Shown here one piece after another: positions 50,886 through 60,492 of a stretch of 64,000 nt of DNA. The stretch spans positions 101,773-165,772 of the IMG/VR virus record IMGVR_UViG_2871003000_000003; one strand, written 5' to 3'. The translations under genes and the position numbers were made by a program. This DNA comes from a virus (Duplodnaviria; Caudoviricetes). Each line of letters opens with the position of its first letter. Positions within the stretch are counted from its first letter, which is position 1. A model generated the notes under the pieces. It was not told the DNA's origin, searched no databases, and worked only from the letters and a program-made list of their open reading frames with translations.

Positions 50886-53246
50886 ATGAAAGCATATGGA
50901 CAAATTACACTAACTGTTGTGAATGATGGCGAACAAGGAAATCCCGGAACACCCGCATTAAATGTAGTAGTTGCGAATGAATCACAGTCGATCCCATGTA
51001 CGAATGCAGGACTTGTAAGCAAACAAATGCTGCTTGAAATACCTTTCACTGGATATGAAGGCTTTACAAAAATTGCGTGTGAGGTTACAGTTGGTGAATT
51101 GCCATCCGGAATATCTCATACCGTTGAAAATGCAACACCTGAGAAGGACGGAAAAGTTATTTTAAATGTTGCTAAAAATGCAACTCTTGGTGGAGCCGAT
51201 ATTTTGAACGGTGTTATTAATCTAACATTTACGCTAAAAGGACAGTCTGTTGTAAAACAATTCTCTTGGACAAAAACGAAAGATGGGGCTAATGGTTCTG
51301 CGCGAGTATATATGTTACAACCATCTACTTTAATTGTTAAGAAGCTTTCTGGTGATAAGTTTTCACCAGAAGCTGTTACATTTTCTGGTTTTTATAAAGA
51401 TGGAAATGCGGCGGCTACAAATGAATATTCGGGTCGTTTTATCATAGAAAGAAGCATAAATGGAACAACGTTTGAAACAGTATATACCTCTTCAAAAGAT
51501 GAAGCAATCTCCATATATAAAGTACAAAAAGACGATGCTGCAATTAAATGTACTTTATGTGCAAGTGGAAGTATTACTAATAAATTGGATTATCAGACTG
51601 TTACTGTCTTGAATGACGGAAGCAATACAAATTCTGGAGGAGTAAATCTTGTAGAAGAAACAAACAGGGGAGATAAAAATTGGCGATGGAATATGGAAGT
51701 TGGCGATTATACTACTTCTGCCGAATCTTCAAATAAAATAAATTGTGCAAAACTAACGCGAGGGTCTTTAGCTCAAAGCGGATGGTCTTATATTTTATAT
51801 AGCAAGATTATGCCTGAAAAATACAAACCTGATGAAGATTATATGATTTCTTTTGATGTAAAATCTAACGTTACTACTTCTATTAATGCATATCTATGCG
51901 ACGAAAATAGCGTAAAGAATACCAATGATATTGGAGAAACATATACTGCAATCAAAAATGAGATTGTGAAAGACGAATGGAAACAATGTATTTTTCAGGT
52001 AAGAACGAAGAAAACTCTTCCTAGTACTCGACAACAATTATTGTATCTCACTGATATGGATTCCAAACCGAATACATATTATATGTTCAAAAATCTTCAA
52101 ATTGAGCGTGGAACAATTGTTACGGATTGGAAACCTGCTCCAGAAGATGTAAAAAACGATGTCTCTTCATTGGAAGAAACAATTATTACAAAGATTGGAT
52201 TAGAGGTCGATAATTTAAATAAAAAGATTAGTGCGAAGGTTGACCAGACAAAATTCAATCAATATATTGGCGAAAATGGAGAAATAATAACAGGAATAAC
52301 CGATAAGGTAAATAATGTACAAATTGATTTGGAAGGTATAAATACAAAAGTAAGTAAAGTACAATCTACACTTGACAAAAAGGCAGATGGAAGTACAGTA
52401 CAGACATTAAGTCAAGAATTTTCTGCGTTTAAACAATCAACAGAAGGATTTCAACAGACAGTAGAAAAGAACTACATCACCAAAAAAGGACTTAGCGAAG
52501 AATTAAAAAAGAATGCTTCCTTTACTATTTCACTTACAAACGATAATCATATTATACCAACAGATTCAACCGGAGAAAATGGAAATTATAGTGGATGCGA
52601 AACAACTGTTTCTGCTGTTTTTGGTTCAGAACTTGTAACTGAAAATTGTACGTTTACACAGTTGCCGTCACAAGGCGTAACCGGAAATTGGAACCCAAAG
52701 ACATTTACATACACTGTAACAAATATGACAACTGATACTGGATATGTTGATATTACAGCTAAATATTCTGTCACAATTAGTGATAAACAAGAGATTAGAT
52801 CTGACACAAAACGTTTTGTTTTGTCAAAAAGAAAAGACGTAGAAAATACAGTCGTATACACACTTCAATCGTCAGATACAATTATAAAAAAATTAACTGA
52901 TAATACTTTTGACCCTAAAACAATTAAATTTTCTTCGTTTTACAGAGAAGGAAATTTATCTCAGAAAAAATATAACGGGGCTTTTCAAATTCTGGAATCA
53001 GATGGTGGAGTTTTTACAGAAAAATACTTCTCATCCGTAAAACAGTCAGAGATTGTATATACCCCAAAATCAGATAACGTAACAAAAATTCAATGTGTTT
53101 TATATAAAGAACTCGACAAGACAGATGAGTTAGACAGATATACAATCAACGTTATTTCTGATCAGACAGTTGATATAGGATGTCGAAATTTAATTCGAAA
53201 TTCTAAAGATTTAATTTTTAATTCATATGGTCTTGTTAAGATATAA
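50886..53246 (+). CDS. Tail fibre/structural protein with a CBM-like domain
   Basis: GGVNL...QIERGTIVTDWKPAPED; coiled-coil stretch. Confidence 0.65.
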   Translation: MKAYGQITLTVVNDGEQGNPGTPALNVVVANESQSIPCTNAGLVSKQMLLEIPFTGYEGFTKIACEVTVGELPSGISHTVENATPEKDGKVILNVAKNATLGGADILNGVINLTFTLKGQSVVKQFSWTKTKDGANGSARVYMLQPSTLIVKKLSGDKFSPEAVTFSGFYKDGNAAATNEYSGRFIIERSINGTTFETVYTSSKDEAISIYKVQKDDAAIKCTLCASGSITNKLDYQTVTVLNDGSNTNSGGVNLVEETNRGDKNWRWNMEVGDYTTSAESSNKINCAKLTRGSLAQSGWSYILYSKIMPEKYKPDEDYMISFDVKSNVTTSINAYLCDENSVKNTNDIGETYTAIKNEIVKDEWKQCIFQVRTKKTLPSTRQQLLYLTDMDSKPNTYYMFKNLQIERGTIVTDWKPAPEDVKNDVSSLEETIITKIGLEVDNLNKKISAKVDQTKFNQYIGENGEIITGITDKVNNVQIDLEGINTKVSKVQSTLDKKADGSTVQTLSQEFSAFKQSTEGFQQTVEKNYITKKGLSEELKKNASFTISLTNDNHIIPTDSTGENGNYSGCETTVSAVFGSELVTENCTFTQLPSQGVTGNWNPKTFTYTVTNMTTDTGYVDITAKYSVTISDKQEIRSDTKRFVLSKRKDVENTVVYTLQSSDTIIKKLTDNTFDPKTIKFSSFYREGNLSQKKYNGAFQILESDGGVFTEKYFSSVKQSEIVYTPKSDNVTKIQCVLYKELDKTDELDRYTINVISDQTVDIGCRNLIRNSKDLIFNSYGLVKI

Positions 53247-53267
53247 AAATTATTAGGAGGTGAGTGA

Positions 53268-54983
53268 TTGGCTAATTTTGAATCTGTTAAAATGACTAAT
53301 CCATATGGAATTGAAGACACGGTATTAAAATTATCTATAGACAGTGAACAGAATAGTTATAGATTATCAAATTTAATTACTGAGCCTGATAGCTATGTTT
53401 TTGTGATTTGGCACAAGACGAATACACCATGTACAATTTCTATCAACGTATTTGGAGAAATAATCACGTCAGAGTCAAATTCCCAGTGGACAAAAGTTGT
53501 AAAAGTTAAAAAGGTATCAGATGTATCAAATAAGAATATAGATATCACACCTCCGATAAACAGCACGACATTTTTTTACGAAGCATACTTATCAAGAGGT
53601 ACGATTGATACTTCTTGGACTCCTGCACCAGAGGATGATGCGGAAGAAATTATCGGTTTAAAATCTGAAATAAAACAAACAGCAGAGCGTATCGATCTGA
53701 CAGTTGGAAATATGGAAAAAGAAATATCGCAACTGTCAATACGTGCAGGAGAAATAGAACAAACTGTAAAAGATACAGAGAAAAATTTAACAAGTAAAAT
53801 TGAAAGTACAGCCGGAGAAATAAATCAAAAAGTTGAAGACACAAAAAATGATTTAAAAGCGGAAATAAGTTTGTCTGCAGACAATATCATACATACAGTT
53901 GGGAAAAATCATGTTACTGCTATACGCTACATTAGAGATTGGTTAAATGGCAGTAATTTGGATAACCAAAATAGATGGACTGAAATAAATGTATTTTCTA
54001 AAAATGTAAACATTGCAAATGGAATTATCCCAATTTGCAAAGATGAAGATGGCTCTGCAATTACTATCCAATATCCAGAAAGATATACAGATGGTGATAC
54101 ATCGAAATATATTGAAGCAGAAACTGGATGGAAATGTTTAGAATTAGATTTAGGACAGGTTAAAAATGACATTGATTATATAACAATTTGGCATGAATAT
54201 CCTCTTACAAGTGCAGAATTAGATGCGGTAAAGATATTCAATCATCGATTACAGGTTTCCACGGATGGCAAGACTTGGTTCACTTTATATGATTCAAGAT
54301 ATCAGCAAAGTGGAGGATACAAAGAGGATCCTAGCGGGAAAACTTATTATATAAATGATACTATAATAAATGATAACTTCTCTTCTGTTCAACAGAATAT
54401 AGCAGGGATAAATACTACAATTCAAAACGTAGAGGAGAATTTAAGAACTGAAATTAAGGAAAGTGCAAATGGATTCAACGTAAATATTCAAAAAATATCG
54501 CAAGACTTGGAAAATGCAAAATCTGCACTGAACAATGCAATAGACTCCTTGAATACTTCGTTCAATGTTGAGTTAGGAAAAATTACAGGTATCATCGAAG
54601 GAATTGACGAGACGACTGATCAGAAGATATCATCTGCTATTCAGCAATCTGCTTCTGGTTGGCAAGGTGTTTTTAAGAAATATGGAATGTATAACGATGG
54701 TGTGTCTTCCGAACAAATAAATGTAACGATTGACGGAAAAGGCGTGCAAGTATTAAACCCATCTACTTCAAGAAGCACACAAATGACAACAAATGGATTT
54801 GAAGGATGGTATAACGGTAATAAAGTTTTCTGGATGCAAGAAGATGCCACAAAAACATCCCGTGTATATGCAGACAGAGGGGTAGAGTTGCCAACATTAA
54901 AAATGATTCCTTTGACAGTACAAGATAATAATAGTATTACACGAAATGGAATTGCATTTGTAAAAACAGGTGGTTCAAGTTAA
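53268..54983 (+). CDS. Tail structural protein with a discoidin-like insert
   Basis: WTPAPED, SEIKQTAE repeats, RYIRDWLNGS...LDLG...VSTDGKTW. Confidence 0.65.
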   Translation: MANFESVKMTNPYGIEDTVLKLSIDSEQNSYRLSNLITEPDSYVFVIWHKTNTPCTISINVFGEIITSESNSQWTKVVKVKKVSDVSNKNIDITPPINSTTFFYEAYLSRGTIDTSWTPAPEDDAEEIIGLKSEIKQTAERIDLTVGNMEKEISQLSIRAGEIEQTVKDTEKNLTSKIESTAGEINQKVEDTKNDLKAEISLSADNIIHTVGKNHVTAIRYIRDWLNGSNLDNQNRWTEINVFSKNVNIANGIIPICKDEDGSAITIQYPERYTDGDTSKYIEAETGWKCLELDLGQVKNDIDYITIWHEYPLTSAELDAVKIFNHRLQVSTDGKTWFTLYDSRYQQSGGYKEDPSGKTYYINDTIINDNFSSVQQNIAGINTTIQNVEENLRTEIKESANGFNVNIQKISQDLENAKSALNNAIDSLNTSFNVELGKITGIIEGIDETTDQKISSAIQQSASGWQGVFKKYGMYNDGVSSEQINVTIDGKGVQVLNPSTSRSTQMTTNGFEGWYNGNKVFWMQEDATKTSRVYADRGVELPTLKMIPLTVQDNNSITRNGIAFVKTGGSS

Positions 54984-55047
54984 TAAAAGTTTTAAGATGT
55001 CGTGTACAGCATGACATCTTTTTATATAGATTGGAGAGTGATAAAGT

Positions 55048-57369
55048 TTGGCAGGAAGATACGAAAAAAGAATTGACGTTATTAACGAGACTGTAAATGC
55101 GGCTCAAAACACGTCCAACATAACAATTGCTCTGTATTTTAGGAGAACTGATTATTCTTATTGGGGATATAACCGTGAAGGAAGCGCATGGTATAGAATT
55201 GCGATAGAGGGAACTGGATATAATACAGGAAATGTTACTTGGACTTTTGATCTCAATGTTGGTCAGAATGTATGGGTTGAAATTGGACGAAAAACATTCA
55301 CAGATATTCCTCATGATGCAAATGGTGATCTTAGTTTTACAATGTTTGGTGATATGTACTTTGGAACATCAGTGTCCCCAACGGCTGCGGAATTAGGTGG
55401 AACTGGACAGATTCGTAATGCATATTTTGGAAAACATATTGATAGAAATGTAAAGATTACTCAATTTGAAAAAAACAATTCTACTTCAGGAACGACTGTT
55501 GGGTTTAATTGGGCTACATCTGATAATATTGACGCATTACACTTATATGACGGCGACACAAAGCTTAAAGAATTCTCTGTTTCTGGCAAATCCGGATCAA
55601 TTACATATACAGTCACACCAAACAGAAATTATAGGTTTCAAATTCGTGTCAAAAAAACTGGAACAAGCTTGTGGACAAATAGTGGATATATTGAACATTC
55701 TATTGGATATCCGTCAATCACGGGCGACTTCAATTTAAATATAAACTCTCCTATAAATCTATATTTTACCGGAACTACCCCAACATCGTCAGTATACTTA
55801 TATGTTGGTTCAAAAGATGATGACAATTACTTTGCGGAAAAGAAGAATATACAGTCAAGTTATGTATCTATAACTCTCACATCTGATCAAAAAAATAAAA
55901 TTTACAAACTTGCTGGTCTTAAAGAGTGGATTACTGTTGTTATTGTGCAGAACTTACATATCAACGGTATAGAAACACCATATCAACAATATTCTGCGAC
56001 AATGCAATTGAATATTTCTTCTACAGCACCTGTATTTACAAATTACTCGTATAGTAATATTAACTATTCTGTGTCAAATATTATTGGCTCTAGCAAAGCT
56101 CTTGCGAATATACCATGTATGCAAGTTCAAATTAGCACATCAAACAAAGCTCACTCTTCTGTTTCTACAATTAGTAAATATGTATGCACCATTTCCGGTG
56201 GCAACAACAATAGTTTTAGCAGAACATATGAAGCACAGGAATCACAATCAGATGTATTGATCGATCTTGGAGCGATTACTGAATATGGAAGATACTCTAT
56301 ATCTGTTTATGCTGTAGATGCGCGTGGAATATCTTCTTCGCCGGTAGTAAAGCAAAACGCTTTTGAAGTAATTGATTATCATGTTCCACTTGCTACTACA
56401 TTTGAGCTGAAAAGACTAGGAAATTTTGAAAAGGAAGTAAGTTTAAATGTTGTTTGTAATATCTCTAGGGTAAGCGGATATAACACATCTTTTACTTCTT
56501 ATTATAGATATTGTAGGACTGGAACAAGTATGCCTTTATCATGGACTACCATAACTAATATTCAAGATGGCGGAATTGATGGAAGTGATTATAAGAAAAT
56601 AATAATAAATTCTAATTTTTTAACACTAGAAAAGGGAGAATCTTATGATTTCCAATTTAAGTTTAAAGACAGGTTTTCTGAAGTAGTAATCAATCCATCT
56701 TTGTCTCAAGGTGTTGCGCCACTGTCTGTTTATGAAGATGGTACTGTTGCCATAAATCGTGTTCCTGATTTCAATCAGACAGATAGGGCAAAATTGCAGA
56801 TTGACGGCGATATCATGATAAACAGAAACAGTGATAGTGAAGAGGTATTTGTTGCAGAATTCTTAGAGTCTATGAATACAAAGCTTAATACGATTGAAGA
56901 AAATAATTCACAAGTGTTGTCAAAACTTGAGGGGAAAATAGACAGGTCTGATATTGTTGATAATTTAACTTCCAGCTCGGCAACTGTTCCTTTAAGTGCA
57001 AATCAAGGACGAGTTTTAAAAGAACAAATTAATGGTGTTCTTACAGTTGAAACAAGAGACTTATATGGACAACCTTGGGGAAATTCCATGAATGTAAGAT
57101 TAGTAAAACTCGGATCGATTTGTGTATGTAATATTTTTTGGACTGGAGCTACTGGCACAAGCAAAAGTGCAACTATATCCGAAATAACTATTCCTGATGG
57201 ATTTAGACCTTATGGAACGGTTTTTGCTACTGCACAAAATGTTACATCTAACTCTACATATGGTGCCTCAACACGAATTCAAATATCAAACAATGGTAGG
57301 ATTAGCTTTGTTACAGATAATACCGGGATGTTGGAACGACATGTTACATTCGCATACAGTATAGCTTAA
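55048..57369 (+). CDS. DUF859-like minor structural/receptor-binding protein
   Basis: AAQNTSNIT, IPHDANG, AVDARG, PLSANQGRVLK, C-terminal IPDGFRP head. Confidence 0.65.
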   Translation: MAGRYEKRIDVINETVNAAQNTSNITIALYFRRTDYSYWGYNREGSAWYRIAIEGTGYNTGNVTWTFDLNVGQNVWVEIGRKTFTDIPHDANGDLSFTMFGDMYFGTSVSPTAAELGGTGQIRNAYFGKHIDRNVKITQFEKNNSTSGTTVGFNWATSDNIDALHLYDGDTKLKEFSVSGKSGSITYTVTPNRNYRFQIRVKKTGTSLWTNSGYIEHSIGYPSITGDFNLNINSPINLYFTGTTPTSSVYLYVGSKDDDNYFAEKKNIQSSYVSITLTSDQKNKIYKLAGLKEWITVVIVQNLHINGIETPYQQYSATMQLNISSTAPVFTNYSYSNINYSVSNIIGSSKALANIPCMQVQISTSNKAHSSVSTISKYVCTISGGNNNSFSRTYEAQESQSDVLIDLGAITEYGRYSISVYAVDARGISSSPVVKQNAFEVIDYHVPLATTFELKRLGNFEKEVSLNVVCNISRVSGYNTSFTSYYRYCRTGTSMPLSWTTITNIQDGGIDGSDYKKIIINSNFLTLEKGESYDFQFKFKDRFSEVVINPSLSQGVAPLSVYEDGTVAINRVPDFNQTDRAKLQIDGDIMINRNSDSEEVFVAEFLESMNTKLNTIEENNSQVLSKLEGKIDRSDIVDNLTSSSATVPLSANQGRVLKEQINGVLTVETRDLYGQPWGNSMNVRLVKLGSICVCNIFWTGATGTSKSATISEITIPDGFRPYGTVFATAQNVTSNSTYGASTRIQISNNGRISFVTDNTGMLERHVTFAYSIA

Positions 57370-57415
57370 TGACAGTCAATATAGACTGTTTTTTATTTGA
57401 AACGAGGTGATCACA

Positions 57416-58048
57416 ATTTACACAATAATTATGAATGACGACAAATCCCTCACTGCTACTGTCGTCACAACACTATATCAAAGAGAAAAATTAGCAGATA
57501 AAATTCAAATTTTAATCCCTCCGAATTATGGAGAATTGGGCTTGAGTGAATTTACTGCCACATTAAAATACGTGGATCAAGCAAATGTTCCACATGCAGA
57601 AATTTTAAAAAAAGATGCTGAATTGTATAAAGAACACATTCGATATGTTCTGCCGGTAGATACAGAATTAACGCAATATGCTGGCGATATTACAATTCGG
57701 TTAACATTCACAAAAACAGATATGGAAGCAAGAAAAGTGTTCGTAGTACATACCGGAGAACTTGTAATTAAAATTTCTCCTCTAAAAGACTACTACTCTT
57801 TTGTTCCAGATGAATCTCTTGAATTTGTTGATCAGATTGTTTCTGATTTGCAGAATAAGATTTCAGCTTTGGATAAAATTGCTGATATATACGATAAAAC
57901 AAAGGCAGATAATATTCAAATTAAAAATGGGAAAACATTGCAGTTGCTGTCAAACCATATCCCAATTGGAGACGAGGTTACTGTTTCTTCTGAAGGATCT
58001 GGAGGAGATACAGGTTGTGATGACTCATTTGATATTGTTGAATTTTAA
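57416..58048 (+). CDS. BppU-like baseplate upper protein
   Basis: YQREKLAD, LPVDTELTQYAGDI; ATT start after SD GAGGTGA. Confidence 0.55.
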   Translation: MYTIIMNDDKSLTATVVTTLYQREKLADKIQILIPPNYGELGLSEFTATLKYVDQANVPHAEILKKDAELYKEHIRYVLPVDTELTQYAGDITIRLTFTKTDMEARKVFVVHTGELVIKISPLKDYYSFVPDESLEFVDQIVSDLQNKISALDKIADIYDKTKADNIQIKNGKTLQLLSNHIPIGDEVTVSSEGSGGDTGCDDSFDIVEF

Positions 58049-58109
58049 AAATTAGGCGATAGAAAATCTATCGTCTTTTTATATATAAAAAATTAAGGAG
58101 GTACAACTC

Positions 58110-59099
58110 ATGGCAGATTTAAAAGTGAAATTTGCAACAGGTGAAAAAGGGAAAATTGAGGAAGCAAAAACATCCGGAAAGTTGGATGCAAATGATTTCA
58201 TTGTCACAAGCGACACTGATGAACTTGCATTTATTAACAAAAATGGAGAAACAAAGTTTCTGAAATCCAAATCATCTAAAGAGTACACGTTGAAAGGAAC
58301 AGATCTCGGCGCTCTTAAGGCAGGACAGACGATTCCAAAAGAAATTGATATGGATGGTCTGCTTAATCTGATTACCCAGAAATCAATTCCGGCTACTTAT
58401 ACAAAACCTAGTGTTACTTTAGTTAACAACGCAGGAACTGCTGCCGATACTGTTGAAGCCGGAACATCTGTTACACCAAAAATTAGAGCCACATTTAATA
58501 AAAATGATGCCGGTGAATTAACTGCTATTTCCATTAAAAAAGGAGCCGAAAGTGTCAAAGACGGAACGACATCTCCTCTTGATTATGTAGGTGAAGCAAT
58601 CGTTATCGGTGATGAAACAGTGACTTTTACTGCTTCTGCTACTTATAAAGATGGAGCAATTAAGAATGATAACCTTGGTAATCCATCTCCAGATGGTCAA
58701 ATCAAAGCGGGAACTGTTTCATCAGGAGGATATGTATTCACTGGACGACGTAATTCATTCTGGGGAAGCGGAGTCGGGAAAGTTGAGTCTCCTACTTCTG
58801 ATACAGTTCGTAAATTATCAAACAAGAGACTTAATATTGGATCTGGGACTAAAATTTCTATGAAAGTAGAAACTGGTCAACAGAATATCGTATTCGCATT
58901 ACCAGAACCAAGAACACTTACACAGGTTATTTACGATGATCTTGGAGATAAAGGAATGCTGTCTTCTTTCACAAAATCTACGATTCAAGTTGCTGATGCT
59001 AGAGGCGGACAGAATGGATTAAAGGATTATAACTGCTATGTCTATAATTTAAGCGTTCCCGCAGCGGCACCTATGAACTTCACTTTTGCAATCGGATAA
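58110..59099 (+). CDS. Virion structural protein
   Basis: T/G-rich beta protein in the tail module. Confidence 0.6.
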   Translation: MADLKVKFATGEKGKIEEAKTSGKLDANDFIVTSDTDELAFINKNGETKFLKSKSSKEYTLKGTDLGALKAGQTIPKEIDMDGLLNLITQKSIPATYTKPSVTLVNNAGTAADTVEAGTSVTPKIRATFNKNDAGELTAISIKKGAESVKDGTTSPLDYVGEAIVIGDETVTFTASATYKDGAIKNDNLGNPSPDGQIKAGTVSSGGYVFTGRRNSFWGSGVGKVESPTSDTVRKLSNKRLNIGSGTKISMKVETGQQNIVFALPEPRTLTQVIYDDLGDKGMLSSFTKSTIQVADARGGQNGLKDYNCYVYNLSVPAAAPMNFTFAIG

Positions 59100-59120
59100 A
59101 CTGAAAGGAGAAATTAAATT

Positions 59121-60458
59121 ATGGCAAATTATAAAGAACAAGAATTATTGACTGTGGTTAAAGCCTATTCCAGAGCGAACCCACTGGCTTTAGACTCTTC
59201 TTCCGTTCATGATACCCAAGAAGCAGCATCTACATATGCAAAACAACCAAATGCTTATGCAGGTCAGATTATTACTGCAAAAGTGAATGGAAAATATAAA
59301 GCCTATGTTTTACAGGGAACAAATGGTAATTGTACTCTTGAAGCAGTAGGAGCTGATCCGTCCGCAATGAAACAATACGTAGTTGTTGGTACAAGACCTG
59401 AATCTGGTCAGCAACAGGGAATTATCTACATTGATACAAATGTAGGTTATATCTGGGATGGAGCAAAATGGGTAAAAGTATTCGAGGATGTATCTACTTC
59501 TATTACAGACTTCCAGAAACGCATCACAAAACTTGAGGGTGACATTAACCTAAAAGCAAATATTGCAAATGCAAACTTTACAGGAACACTGAAATTAGAA
59601 GGAAAAGATATTGCAACAAAGGAATATGCAGAATCGATTGTAAATGCTGCAAAATCTGAGGTTCCGATTGTAATTGATGAAGACCATCCATTCCCTGATG
59701 AAGCATATAAAGCTGGACAGAAATATGTTGTTGCTCTCGCCGGAACATATCTTGGACAGAAGTGTGAAATCGGTGATTTAATTCTTATCGTAAAAGATTA
59801 CAATGTTGAATCTGTATCTAATGCTGATGGAATCGTGTTGCAGTCTAACATTGACGGTGCTGTTACGAGTGCCGATCCTTCTGCTATTGAAGGCGAGATC
59901 GTTGTAATGAGCGGTGCTACCGGAAAGGTTATCAAATCTTCCAAAGTAAATATCTCTGCTCTGAATGAAGCAATCGCAAAAGCACATGAACATGCAAATA
60001 AGGATAAACTTGATACATACACTAAGACTCAAACTGAATTACTGAATGAGGCATCTACAGATGCACAAAGTAAAGTAGATGCTCTTAAAAATACTGTTGA
60101 TGGTAAAGCAGACAAAGCCACAACATTAGCTGGATATGGTATTGAGGATGCATACACAAAGACTGACATTGACGGAAAACTGAAAGTTATCAAAGATAAT
60201 GTCAATACAAAAGTAGATGCTGCAACTGTTGATTCTAAGATTTCTGCTGCAAAACCTGGAATTCTGTCTGAAGCTGCGCAGGCTGCCAATGAAGCCTTGA
60301 ATACAAAAGTTGGCGATTTAGGTGAGTCTAGTACTGTTGTTGATTATGTAAAACGTGCGGTAGGATCAGGAGGAGTAGATATAACCGACCAAATCAACGA
60401 CGCTATTAAGCAAAGCAAAGCCTATACAGATGAAAAGCTTACTATTACAGAATTTTAA
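59121..60458 (+). CDS. Tail fibre-like protein
   Basis: KADKATTLAGYGIEDAYTK, HEHANK, AKAYTD-type motifs. Confidence 0.65.
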   Translation: MANYKEQELLTVVKAYSRANPLALDSSSVHDTQEAASTYAKQPNAYAGQIITAKVNGKYKAYVLQGTNGNCTLEAVGADPSAMKQYVVVGTRPESGQQQGIIYIDTNVGYIWDGAKWVKVFEDVSTSITDFQKRITKLEGDINLKANIANANFTGTLKLEGKDIATKEYAESIVNAAKSEVPIVIDEDHPFPDEAYKAGQKYVVALAGTYLGQKCEIGDLILIVKDYNVESVSNADGIVLQSNIDGAVTSADPSAIEGEIVVMSGATGKVIKSSKVNISALNEAIAKAHEHANKDKLDTYTKTQTELLNEASTDAQSKVDALKNTVDGKADKATTLAGYGIEDAYTKTDIDGKLKVIKDNVNTKVDAATVDSKISAAKPGILSEAAQAANEALNTKVGDLGESSTVVDYVKRAVGSGGVDITDQINDAIKQSKAYTDEKLTITEF

Positions 60459-60492
60459 CTATAAAAATATATAAGAATCGGAGGTGCTGATT

